64,000 bases of DNA, taken from sequence record SRR31156797_1719. One strand, given 5' to 3'. The position numbers were made by a program, and so were the translations under genes. This document shows, in pieces, positions 40,143 to 49,370 of the stretch. The stretch's first letter is position 1; the number at the start of each line of letters is the position of its first letter. The notes below the pieces were generated by a model. It was given only the letters and a program-made list of their open reading frames with translations, was not told the DNA's origin and made no database searches.

Positions 40143-40883
40143 TTAAACGGTTTGTTTTGCTGGGCGCAGCAAGACTTCGCTGATCGCCACATGTTTGGGC
40201 TGTTGAATGGCATAAACCACTGCATTTGCTACATCTTCTGGCGTTAGGCTGTTGCCTTCTACGCGAGAGGTTTCTTTCAAGGCTGCTTCTAGTTGAGCAT
40301 TACCTACGGTTTCAAACAATTCCGTGGAGACCATTCCCGGAGAGACGATGGTGGAGCGAATGCCATGTTCACGTTCTTCTTGGCGCAAGCCTTCCATGAT
40401 TGCACGAACCGCAAACTTTGTCCCGTTGTACACAGCAGATCCCGGGTAAATGACATGTCCAGCAACTGAGTCAGTGGCGATGATTAAGCCGTCTTGTTGT
40501 TTTTGCATGATGGGCAGCACAGCGCCGATCCCGTTCAATACCCCCATGATATTGATATCCAGCATTTTTTGCCAGCTGTCATAGTTCAACTCTGCCAAGT
40601 TTCCTTGAGGCATGATGCCAGCATTATTGAAAAGGACATCAATTCGACCAAAGGAGGTCATGGCTAAATCAATGACTTGTTGGACTTGTTCGCGATTCGT
40701 GACATCGGCTGTTTGATACAAAACATTTTCTCCTAGTTTTTCAGCCAGTGCTTTAATGCGCTCTTCGCGGCGGGCGGCGATTACTACTTTTGCCCCTTGT
40801 TCGGCTAGCTTAACGGCGGTTGCTTCCCCAATTCCTGAAGAGGCTCCCATAATTACGATAACTTTTTCTTTGATTTCTGTCAT
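40143..40883 (-). CDS. SDR family oxidoreductase
   Basis: GASSGIG, NNAG, YNGTK catalytic YxxxK. Confidence 0.93.
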   Translation of the reverse strand: MTEIKEKVIVIMGASSGIGEATAVKLAEQGAKVVIAARREERIKALAEKLGENVLYQTADVTNREQVQQVIDLAMTSFGRIDVLFNNAGIMPQGNLAELNYDSWQKMLDINIMGVLNGIGAVLPIMQKQQDGLIIATDSVAGHVIYPGSAVYNGTKFAVRAIMEGLRQEEREHGIRSTIVSPGMVSTELFETVGNAQLEAALKETSRVEGNSLTPEDVANAVVYAIQQPKHVAISEVLLRPAKQTV

Positions 40884-40989
40884 TTGTCTTTCCTCCAGTG
40901 AATGATTTTTTCATCGAATCCTGCTACTGCCAAACCCAAACCTGCGAGATGACGGGTGATTGACAGTACAGTGCTTGCGGTGTATTTTT

Positions 40990-41020
40990 ATTGTAGAACC
41001 TGAAGTTAGGTTTAGGTCAA
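40990..41020 (-). promoter_or_regulatory. MerR-type promoter (19-bp spacer) for the SDR gene
   Basis: Minus strand TTGACC-19 nt-TACAAT with ACCTAAA...TTCAGGT dyad. Confidence 0.72.
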
Positions 41021-41048
41021 GCGATAAACAAAATTTTTTTTAGGAGCG

Positions 41049-41486
41049 ATGCAAGTGAGTTACTCGATTGGTGAAGTATCAAAAACGACTAACATCCCTA
41101 TCTCGACACTACGTTACTACGATCGAGAAGGAATGTTTCCCAATATGGCCCGTAGCAATGGCGGCATTCGGGTGTTTTCAGAAAAAGAAGTGGCGACGAT
41201 CAGAGTGATCGATTGTTTGAAGAATACCGGCATGCCCATCAAAGACATCAAGAATTTCTTGGATTGGGGCGAAGAAGGCGATGCGTCTTTGCAGAAACGG
41301 CAGCAGCTGTTTCATGAACGTTTGGAAGAAGTCACCAAGCAAATGGCAGCCTTGCAAGAAACGATGAATACGATCAAATACAAATGCTGGTACTACGATA
41401 CAGCGATGGCAGCAGGTACCGAAGCGGTAGTAAAAGAGCTACCGCTAGAAGAAATACCAGAAGAAGTCCGAGCATACAAACTGTAA
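41049..41486 (+). CDS. MerR family regulator (AdhR-like)
   Basis: YSIGEVS, STLRYYDREG, GGIRVF, CLKNTGMPIKDIK. Confidence 0.92.
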   Translation: MQVSYSIGEVSKTTNIPISTLRYYDREGMFPNMARSNGGIRVFSEKEVATIRVIDCLKNTGMPIKDIKNFLDWGEEGDASLQKRQQLFHERLEEVTKQMAALQETMNTIKYKCWYYDTAMAAGTEAVVKELPLEEIPEEVRAYKL

Positions 41487-41490
41487 GTCC

Positions 41491-41531
41491 ATCGAAAAAC
41501 CACCTGCTGTTTTTGCAGGTGGTTTTTCGAT
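41491..41531. terminator. Bidirectional terminator
   Basis: ATCGAAAAACCACCTGC...GCAGGTGGTTTTTCGAT. Confidence 0.8.
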
Positions 41532-41627
41532 TCTACTGGTTTTGCTGGGAAAATCAACCTTGCCAGTTGCCGTTTTCTAATGAAAGACTGACAATCCTAC
41601 GAAAATGGGCTCTGTTATTCAGTAGCG

Positions 41628-42377
41628 CTACTCAATAACCCCCACTGGAATCAAATAGCGGGGTTCATTTTCCGTCGGCAGTTGTAATAATTCTTTGAGT
41701 TCATGATCCGTGAAGGCGCCGATCGGCACAGCGCCTAAGCCTAACGCTTGGGCTTGTAAAAGGACGTTTTGGGCGGAATGACCGACTTCGATATAGGCAT
41801 AGCGTTCGATTCCTCGGTCCCCATAGCGCTCAATCAGTCGTTCATAAACCACTGTATAAAGCAATGTGGCAGGTGCCTGTTGGATCGCTTGCTGATCCAA
41901 CGAACCTTCCGCCAATACGGTCCGAAAATCACCAGCAAGGATTTTTTCTAAGGCATGTTGCTCAGGTTGATACAGATAAAGCCCTGGCTCAAGCCCCGTT
42001 ACCTGTGTAACCACGACATAGAGGTCTAAGGGATACAAGGCACCAGCCGAAGGCGCTGTCCGGCGACCATCTTCTGTAGTGACACCGGCAGCGGCCCATA
42101 AAAGCTGTGCCAGCTGTTCTTGTGTTAGCTCGGTGTCTTGAAAATCCCGTTGCGAGCGCCGATTGAAGAGAGCTTCCGCCACACTGGTTTCCCCATCTAA
42201 GATCGGTTGCGGCAATGGAAAAGTTTCATAGGAAACCGCTGGTTCAAAAGGAGTGACCGTGTCAGTAGTCGGTTGTTCTTCAATTGGTGCCGTATCCGCA
42301 CTGCAGCCAGTGAGGAGTAAGCCCAACACCAAAAAAGCGCCTAAATGAACAAAGCGAAATCGTTTGTAACGGGTCAT
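41628..42377 (-). CDS. SagB/ThcOx-type nitroreductase-family protein with lipoprotein signal
   Basis: RRSQRDF, LAQLLWAA.G, RTAPSAGALYP, E.GH.AQNV.L.A..LGLG...IGAF; lipobox LTGC. Confidence 0.85.
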   Translation of the reverse strand: MTRYKRFRFVHLGAFLVLGLLLTGCSADTAPIEEQPTTDTVTPFEPAVSYETFPLPQPILDGETSVAEALFNRRSQRDFQDTELTQEQLAQLLWAAAGVTTEDGRRTAPSAGALYPLDLYVVVTQVTGLEPGLYLYQPEQHALEKILAGDFRTVLAEGSLDQQAIQQAPATLLYTVVYERLIERYGDRGIERYAYIEVGHSAQNVLLQAQALGLGAVPIGAFTDHELKELLQLPTENEPRYLIPVGVIE

Positions 42378-42628
42378 GAGGATTCCTCCTTTTTACTATG
42401 GACTTCGTGTTATTTATAAGTATAACAAGGATTGCTTTTCCATGCGCTTTTATTCACAAGTAGATAATTAGGGAGGTAAGCAGTCTCTCAGTCGTATCAT
42501 AGGCTGATTGTGCTTTTTAATATTTTCTAAAGACCTAGATAATGAGTAGTATCGTATGAACTTGCTATGAATATTTTTTATGAAATCCAAACCGACTGCA
42601 ATCAAACGTAAGAGAAAAAAGGCCATAC

Positions 42629-42662
42629 AAAAACCCTCCAGCAACGAATTGCTGGAGGGGTT
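42629..42662 (-). terminator. Terminator of the symporter/dehydrogenase operon
   Basis: CCCTCCAGCAA...TTGCTGGAGGG stem with a T-run on the minus strand. Confidence 0.7.
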
Positions 42663-42665
42663 CAT

Positions 42666-43766
42666 TTAATTCGCAGCTGCCAATGCTGCTTGGTTTTGTT
42701 TGGCATGATAGGCTTCCACGTCTAGGATTGCTTGTTTGAACATTTCTCGCGTGATCTCATAAGGCACATGGACGATGTCATTGGTGGTCATTGCTTTGTC
42801 TAAGATTGCCTCAAGGTCGCTGGTGTCGTTAAGGCCCATATCAGCTAAGCAAACCGGCAGTTTGTTTTCCTTCATAAAGGCGTAGATGCGCTGGAAGAGG
42901 GCTTCTTGCTGATCGAGCTGCAACAAGGCCAAAACGCCGTAACTAACGGATGCGCCGTGTAAATAGTCTTCCATTTTTTCCAAAACGGTCGTTCCGTAGT
43001 AAAAGGAATGGGCAAGGGCGGAGTTGTAATCATTGATGACTAAGACGGAAACTAAGCCGGTAGTCACGATGATGTCCAAGACGACTTGCTCAATGGCATA
43101 AGATGGCTGATTGGCGGCACTGTCTTTCAAGGCTTGTGTGCCGTATTGCAATAAGCGTTCCGTGCACATTTTGCCGATTTGGATGCCTAACCCATCGGTA
43201 TAGTCTAACTCATCGCCCCGAGCTGAAAACGTCGATTCGATCTCTTTGGAGAGGGCATCACCGATTCCTGCCCATAAGTACTTATCGGGGGCCTGGGCGA
43301 TGATCTCACTGTCGATAAAGGCATGGGTCGGTGGTTGCGAAGGGAAAAACAGCCCTTGCATCTCGCCGTTTTCTTTATAGATGACACAGACCGCGGTGAC
43401 TGGCGAGCAGTTGGAGCCGATCGTCGGGAAGGTGAAGACTGGTTTGCCAGCTTTTTCTCCAACCACTTTGACGGTATCGCAAACGCGGCCGCCACCAACG
43501 GCGAATAGAACATCGGCGGCTTGGACACTTGGATTGGCTAACAGCTGATCGACGTTTTCATAGGTCGAGTTGCCGCCGTACCACAAGGTATCCGTCACTT
43601 GGACTGCTGACGTTAAACCGGCTTTGATCTTGTCTTCGGCTTTTTCAAGGGCGGTTTTTCCGCCGATGATCACGGCATTGGTGCCGTATGGTTTTACGAT
43701 GTCATTTACTTTTTCGTAGGCGTCCGCCCCGATTGTGTAGTTTGGCAAAAAGATACTTTGACTCAT
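42666..43766 (-). CDS. Iron-containing alcohol dehydrogenase family protein (GldA/HcxA-like)
   Basis: AVGGGRVCDTVK, PTIGSNCSP, AGIGDALSK, ALAHS, LHGA.VSYG. Confidence 0.88.
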   Translation of the reverse strand: MSQSIFLPNYTIGADAYEKVNDIVKPYGTNAVIIGGKTALEKAEDKIKAGLTSAVQVTDTLWYGGNSTYENVDQLLANPSVQAADVLFAVGGGRVCDTVKVVGEKAGKPVFTFPTIGSNCSPVTAVCVIYKENGEMQGLFFPSQPPTHAFIDSEIIAQAPDKYLWAGIGDALSKEIESTFSARGDELDYTDGLGIQIGKMCTERLLQYGTQALKDSAANQPSYAIEQVVLDIIVTTGLVSVLVINDYNSALAHSFYYGTTVLEKMEDYLHGASVSYGVLALLQLDQQEALFQRIYAFMKENKLPVCLADMGLNDTSDLEAILDKAMTTNDIVHVPYEITREMFKQAILDVEAYHAKQNQAALAAAN

Positions 43767-44703
43767 ACTGTTTTCCTTCTTTCTTGGCCACGAGATTGGC
43801 TAAAATTGGTCCGGTAATTTGATGGATCACCATGCCGACTGCGGCAGGGGTAACGGCTGCAGCAATGGCGGCAAAGTGGGCATTGGCTAACGAGATCGCT
43901 AGGCCGGTATTTTTCATCCCTAATTGAAACATGATGGATTTGGCTTGGGTGGCACTGACGCCCATCACACGGCTCAGACCATAGCCTGCGCCGTAGCCGA
44001 TCAAGTTATGGAGCAAGACTAAGAAAATCACGATCAAGCCAGATTGGACGATCACGGCACCGTTGCGAGCGACAGTTCCGGCAACGATCAATAAGATACT
44101 AACGGAAGAAATCAACACAAATGATTGCAGAAATCGCTCGATGTGCTTGGCAATGAGTTTGTGGACGATCACCCCTAAAATGATCGGCAAAAGCACCATC
44201 TGCAAGACAGACAAGAGCATTTCCCAGAAGGAGATCTCAGTATACTGACCAGCCAAGATGTAAACCAAAAAGGGGGTAACGACGGTCGCTAACAAGGTCG
44301 ATACCGTGGTCATGGAAACGGTGAGGGCGACATCGCCTTTGCCGATAAAGGTCATGACATTGCTGGCGGTTCCACCAGAAACGCAACCTAGTAGGACAAA
44401 CCCGATGATCAAACCGGAAGAAAGACCAAACAGCTGCGCTAAGCCGTAAGCCACCAAAGGACTGATGGTGAACTGGAAAAGCACTCCTAAGATGAATGCT
44501 TTAGGCTGTAAGACGACCATTTTAAACGCAGCAACGTTTAAAGTCATCCCCATACAAAACATGATGATGCTCAAAAGAATCGTTGTACGAGACGGAATCC
44601 ATAAGAAGGGTTGCGGGAAAAAATAAGAGACGATCATCAATAAAATCATGATATAGATCAAATACTTGTTTACAAAAGCAGCGATCGTGTTGACGGTTTT
44701 CAT
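43702..44703 (-). CDS. Bile acid:sodium symporter (BASS) family transporter, PanS-like
   Basis: LSIIMFCMGMTL, QF.I.P..A, GC..GGTASNVMT....GDVAL.V.MT..STL, GMKNTGLA. Confidence 0.88.
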   Translation of the reverse strand: MKTVNTIAAFVNKYLIYIMILLMIVSYFFPQPFLWIPSRTTILLSIIMFCMGMTLNVAAFKMVVLQPKAFILGVLFQFTISPLVAYGLAQLFGLSSGLIIGFVLLGCVSGGTASNVMTFIGKGDVALTVSMTTVSTLLATVVTPFLVYILAGQYTEISFWEMLLSVLQMVLLPIILGVIVHKLIAKHIERFLQSFVLISSVSILLIVAGTVARNGAVIVQSGLIVIFLVLLHNLIGYGAGYGLSRVMGVSATQAKSIMFQLGMKNTGLAISLANAHFAAIAAAVTPAAVGMVIHQITGPILANLVAKKEGKQYESKYLFAKLHNRGGRLRKSK

Positions 44704-44882
44704 AAGAAAAAATCATCCTTCCTTTTTCTGCATGACCAATCAAGTGTTCAAACAGAAGGGGTCTTTAGAATAAGTGCAGTGCATAACTGTGGGGAATCGA
44801 CAGCAGTTGTTCAACGAGCGTTTCGGGTCTATCTGACATCAATGTGTCAGTTTGCAAAAGGCCGCTTCCTTGAAAATGGGTA

Positions 44883-44932
44883 TAAAAAAACACTCCATCT
44901 CAAGAAGTTGATCTTCTTTTTGGATGCAATGT
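44883..44932 (-). terminator. Attenuator terminator in the leader of the symporter operon
   Basis: Minus strand CATTGCATCC..AAGAAG-ATCAA-CTTCTT..GATGGAGTG followed by T7. Confidence 0.6.
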
Positions 44933-44972
44933 GAATAGGGACTCTTTGAATGTATAAATCAAACAGTCCCGT

Positions 44973-45017
44973 CTATAATAATAAAATAATTCGTTTGCTA
45001 TCATTGGTGCAGGTCAT
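44973..45017 (-). CDS. BCAA-sensing leader peptide MTCTNDSKRIILLL
   Basis: 14-aa uORF ending ATT ATT TTA TTA TTA TAG, with a GGCGGTG RBS, located between promoter and terminator. Confidence 0.72.
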   Translation of the reverse strand: MTCTNDSKRIILLL

Positions 45018-45046
45018 ATACGCCACCGCCCTTTTCTTTATTTGGA

Positions 45047-45105
45047 ATTTTCTAAATATTTAAATTATTGCTACCTAGTCTACAAAAGAGTCAAGGCTTT
45101 GTCAA
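45047..45105 (-). promoter_or_regulatory. Sigma-A promoter with CodY-like box
   Basis: Minus strand TTGACA-17-TAGACT; AATTTTCTAAATATT (45047-45061) is 2 mismatches from the CodY consensus. Confidence 0.65.
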
Positions 45106-45300
45106 TCGTTTGAGAAAATTTTTTCATTTTTTTGGGTGTTTTTTTTAAAACATGGGTTTCTATGGGGAAAAATAGCAAGAATTGGTTTGTGCTGTGCCTT
45201 TTTCTCCTTCGTTTAGAAACAGAATAGTTGTTGGATCTAGGTTTTTGTCCTACGATGATACTAGAAAGAGTTGGAAAAAGAATCGAGAGGAGTAAAGAAA

Positions 45301-45936
45301 ATGAAAATTTTTGTCGTTGGTGCTACCGGACGGGTGGGCCAAAAATTGATCGCCTTTCTAGAAAAACAAGGACACATCGTTTATGCTGGTGCGCGCAGCA
45401 GTGAGAAAATCACAGAAACGGAGAATATCAAGCCCGTGTTCTTTGATTTACACACGGAACCGGAAGAGATGGCGGCCAAATTCGCAGATGCGGAAGCGGT
45501 ATACTTCGTGGCGGGTTCCCGAGGCAAAGACTTGCTGCAATCTGATCTGTATGGTGCGGTCAAAGTGATGCAAGCCGCTGAATCAAAAGGAATCAAGCGC
45601 TACATCCACCTTAGCTCAGCTTATGCCTTAGAACCTGAACAGTGGCAAAGAGAAGGCATGGCGTCATTGATGGATTACACGATCGCCAAATTTTTCTCTG
45701 ATCGCTGGCTGATCGACAATACCGCACTAGACTATACGATTTTGCAGCCGGGTGCGTTGAAAGAAACTCCAGGATCTAGTTTGATTGAGATCAGTGAAAC
45801 GACCTCTGGTGCGATCCCGATCGAGGATGTCGCCGTCTTGTTGGGTGAAATGCTGGAGCGTCCAGCAACTTATCAAAAAGTCATCAAAGTCCAAGCAGGA
45901 GAAACACCGATCAGCGAGGCACTGGATCAGCTTTAA
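45301..45936 (+). CDS. NAD(P)-binding atypical SDR / NAD(P)H-binding protein
   Basis: VVGATGRVG, YF.AGSRGKDLLQ.DL.GAVK, LDYTILQPG.L. Confidence 0.88.
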   Translation: MKIFVVGATGRVGQKLIAFLEKQGHIVYAGARSSEKITETENIKPVFFDLHTEPEEMAAKFADAEAVYFVAGSRGKDLLQSDLYGAVKVMQAAESKGIKRYIHLSSAYALEPEQWQREGMASLMDYTIAKFFSDRWLIDNTALDYTILQPGALKETPGSSLIEISETTSGAIPIEDVAVLLGEMLERPATYQKVIKVQAGETPISEALDQL

Positions 45937-46039
45937 GGCGTGCCTTTGGGCTTGAAGAGAATGTACTGAAGGAAGCTGCACGGCAATAAATCGTTGTCGT
46001 GCGGCTTTTTTTGTGAAGAAGCCAGTCACTTTTCATTTT

Positions 46040-46083
46040 TGAAAGCGATGACTCTTGACTTTGAAAAAATAGTTTGTTACGCT
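46040..46083 (+). promoter_or_regulatory. Promoter of the second P-type ATPase with upstream cre-like box
   Basis: TTGACT-17-TACGCT with extended TG; TGAAAGCGATGACT at 46040-46053. Confidence 0.55.
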
Positions 46084-46276
46084 TATTGCTAACTTTAGAG
46101 GGGGTGGTAAACGAATGTCAAGCGACTCGAGTGACGGTGAGCAGAAACACTATTTTGACTTACCTTACTTTTTAATTGAATAGGAGACCAACAACAGCGC
46201 GTTATTTAGGAGCAGTTTCTAAATAAGGGGCTTATTTGTGTTATCCATCAATGAAAAAGAAAAGGAAGAAGAATAA

Positions 46277-48925
46277 ATGAATAAAAAAGAGTTTCAATTA
46301 TCAGTGTCAGAAACAATCGAACAGTATCAGGTGCCCTCTATCGATCAAGGATTGACTGAGGCACAAGTAACCGAGCGGTTAGAAACCTACGGATTGAATC
46401 AATTAGCGGTCAAAAAAACCGCCAAGTGGCGGTTGCTGCTGCGGCAATTCCATAACACGATCATCTACATTTTGATTTTCTCCGCCATCTTAACGCTGCT
46501 GATGGGGCATTTCTCTGATGCCGTGATCATTGGCATCGTCGTACTGGTCAATGCGTTGATCGGTTATTACCAAGAAGCCAATGCTTCCGATGCGTTAGAA
46601 CGAATCAAAGAGATGCTATCAGCAGAAGCCACGGTCTATCGGAATGGGATTCGGCAAGATATTCCAGCTGCCGAAGTCGTTCCAGGGGATGTCGTATTCC
46701 TAGAAGCTGGTGACAATGTGCCCGCAGATCTGCGGATCATCGAAGCCGACAACTTGCGTATCCAAGAATCCGCCTTGACTGGTGAAGCCGATTCGGTGGA
46801 AAAAATAACAGATGCCTTAATGGATGAAGCAACTCCATTAGCGGAACAACGGAATTTGGCGTTTGCTTCGACTTCCGTGACGTCAGGAAGCGGGAAAGGG
46901 ATCGTGATCGCTACCGGCGCCACGACTGAGATCGGGAAAATCTCAGCTGAAGTCAATCAAACGGAAGAACGAAAAACGCCGTTGATGAAAGAGATCGATG
47001 GACTGGGGAAAGGCATCACCTATGTGATCATGGGCGTGGCGGTCTTGCTATTTGTCGTCAGTTTGTTCCAGCAAACCTATGCGATCTCTGTCTTATCCTT
47101 AGCCGTTGTCACCATGATCGTCGGCTCGATCCCAGAAGGATTGCCAGCAACGACCTCGGTGGTTTTGGCGATGGGTGTCAGTGACATGGCAAAAAACAAG
47201 CACACCATCATCAAAACGCTGCCAGCGGTTGAAACGCTAGGCTCAGTGGATGTGATCGCGACGGATAAAACAGGTACCCTGACCAAAAATGAAATGACGG
47301 TCAAAGACATCGTATTGGCTGAGCAGGAATATGAAGTGACGGGTGACGGCTATGCGCCGGTGGGAGAAATTCGTCCAAAGCAGGAGGAGGTCCACGCGCA
47401 AGACACCTTGCAGTTGTTTTTGGAAGCTGGTTACGAAGCCAACGATACGGTACTGGTCCCAGAAGGAAATCACTGGACGATCAATGGGGAACCAACAGAC
47501 GGCTCCTTTTTGACGCTGTATCATAAGCAATTTGCCTATCCGCAAGCACCTGCTTACCAAGAGCTGGATATGCTGCCCTTTGATTCGGACAACCGCTACA
47601 TGGCGAAACTAGTGGCAAACCCTGCGGGGGAACGCTTGCTATTTGTTAAAGGCTCCCCAGATAAATTGTTTGAAATGGTGCAAAAACAAGCGGCGCCTTT
47701 TGATGAAGCCTATTGGACAGGCCATGTCCGCCGCTTGTCGGCAGAAGGCAAACGAGTGGTAGCGGTGGGCTATCAGAAAGTTTCGATCGATCACATTGAT
47801 GAAACGATTTTTGAGCGAGGGCTGCAATTACTAGGGATCGCTGGGATCATCGATCCGCCGCGAGAAGAAGTGATTGCCTCCCTGAAGGAAATGAACCAAG
47901 CCGGTGTTCAAGTGAAAATGATCACTGGCGATCACCCTCTGACCGCCAAAGCGATTGGGGAAAAGCTTGGCTTAGCGGATGAGATTCACGTCGTGACTGG
48001 TGCCGAGTTGGATCAGATGAGTGAAGCCGAATTTCAAGATGCTGCCTTGACGAATCAAGTCTTTGCACGAACCACGCCGAAAAATAAATTGGACATTATC
48101 AAAGCGCTGCAAGCCAAAGGCAAAGTCACGGCGATGACAGGGGACGGCGTTAACGATGCCCCCGCGTTGAAGCGGGCGGATATCGGTGTAGCGATGGGGA
48201 TCAGCGGCACGGATGTAGCCAAAGATTCTGCTGATATGATCTTGACCGATGACAATTTCGGTACCATGTCCTTAGCGATTCGCGAAGGACGCAGGATCTA
48301 TGACAACATCAAAAAGAGCATTCTGTTTCTGTTGCCGACATCTTTTGCCGAAGGGCTGATCATTGCCTTTACGATCATGATGCAAAAAGAATTGCCGTTG
48401 CAGGCGACGCAACTGCTGTGGATCAACATGGTTTCTGCTATTACGATCCAGTTTGCGTTTATTTTTGAACCAGCAGAGTCTGGGATCATGAGCCGCAAAC
48501 CGCGAAAGACAGGTAATAAATTGTTGAATCGTCACGATATTTGGCAGATGGCGTATGTATCGATCTTGATGGCAGTCATCAGTTTGATCGCCCATGACTG
48601 GCTCTTGCTACAAGGCGTCAGCGAAGCCGTTGCTAGTACCATGATGGTCAATATCGTGGTCTTAAGTAAGATTTTCTATTTGTTCAACATCCGTACCAGT
48701 GCACCAGCGTTTTCTAAAGCTTCCTTCACCAATCCAAAAGCGTTCGTGATCATTGGTGTGATGCTAGTTCTGCAACTGTTATTGACCTATGTTCCATTTA
48801 TGCAAAGCGCCTTTCATACGGAGGACATGTCCTTGATCGGCTGGGTCATCTCAGCAGCTTCCGGGATGGTCGTCTTACTCGTGACGGAGTTCGATAAATG
48901 GCTTCGCTCGAGAAAAAATATTTAA
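46277..48925 (+). CDS. Cation-translocating P-type ATPase (type IIA-like)
   Basis: TGEA, GSIPEGLP, DKTGT, KGSPD, MITGDH, TGDGVNDAPALK. Confidence 0.95.
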   Translation: MNKKEFQLSVSETIEQYQVPSIDQGLTEAQVTERLETYGLNQLAVKKTAKWRLLLRQFHNTIIYILIFSAILTLLMGHFSDAVIIGIVVLVNALIGYYQEANASDALERIKEMLSAEATVYRNGIRQDIPAAEVVPGDVVFLEAGDNVPADLRIIEADNLRIQESALTGEADSVEKITDALMDEATPLAEQRNLAFASTSVTSGSGKGIVIATGATTEIGKISAEVNQTEERKTPLMKEIDGLGKGITYVIMGVAVLLFVVSLFQQTYAISVLSLAVVTMIVGSIPEGLPATTSVVLAMGVSDMAKNKHTIIKTLPAVETLGSVDVIATDKTGTLTKNEMTVKDIVLAEQEYEVTGDGYAPVGEIRPKQEEVHAQDTLQLFLEAGYEANDTVLVPEGNHWTINGEPTDGSFLTLYHKQFAYPQAPAYQELDMLPFDSDNRYMAKLVANPAGERLLFVKGSPDKLFEMVQKQAAPFDEAYWTGHVRRLSAEGKRVVAVGYQKVSIDHIDETIFERGLQLLGIAGIIDPPREEVIASLKEMNQAGVQVKMITGDHPLTAKAIGEKLGLADEIHVVTGAELDQMSEAEFQDAALTNQVFARTTPKNKLDIIKALQAKGKVTAMTGDGVNDAPALKRADIGVAMGISGTDVAKDSADMILTDDNFGTMSLAIREGRRIYDNIKKSILFLLPTSFAEGLIIAFTIMMQKELPLQATQLLWINMVSAITIQFAFIFEPAESGIMSRKPRKTGNKLLNRHDIWQMAYVSILMAVISLIAHDWLLLQGVSEAVASTMMVNIVVLSKIFYLFNIRTSAPAFSKASFTNPKAFVIIGVMLVLQLLLTYVPFMQSAFHTEDMSLIGWVISAASGMVVLLVTEFDKWLRSRKNI

Positions 48926-49121
48926 CCTAGGTTTTCTTGTATTTTTTTTCAGGCAAAATCGCCTTGCTGCAGCTTAGAAAAATGGCGGAACGACAAGGGA
49001 TTTCTGCTGTCGCTGCTTTGGGGTTGCCAAAAGAAAAAGCCAAGAGGAATTCCTATCGGCTCGTGATCAGACCTATTGACAAACAAAAATGGTCGGGCTA
49101 AAATGCACATGAATTGAATAG

Positions 49122-49256
49122 TATTCTTCGGGGCAGGGTGTAATTCCCGACCGACGGTGACAAGCGCAACGCTTGAAGTCCGTGACCCGCATAGCTATGC
49201 GGTGGAGCCAGTGTGAATCTGGCACCGACAGTGAAAGTCTGGATGGGAGAAGAAAA
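49122..49256 (+). ncRNA. FMN riboswitch (RFN element)
   Basis: TTCTTCGGGGCAGGGTGTAATTCCCGACCGACGGT...AGTCCGTGACCCG...GTGTGAATCTGGCACCGACAGTGAAAGTCTGGATGGGAGAAGAA upstream of ribD; TTGACA/TAAAAT promoter at 49076-49104. Confidence 0.97.
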
Positions 49257-49318
49257 ACCACAAAATTTCAAGGGGCGCAGTGCGTCTAAAATTGATTTTT
49301 TGCCGGTCTTGTTTGTCT

Positions 49319-49352
49319 ATGCCTCGTGAGATTCTCACGAGGCATTTTTTTA
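49319..49352 (+). terminator. Riboswitch expression-platform terminator
   Basis: ATGCCTCGTGAGA-T-TCTCACGAGGCAT followed by T-run. Confidence 0.88.
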
Positions 49353-49370
49353 TTGAAAGGAGGAAGGAAG

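Noticed and set aside
41628-42377. SagB homolog as evidence for a linear azole-containing peptide cluster
   Set aside because: No YcaO/cyclodehydratase or Cys/Ser/Thr-rich precursor nearby
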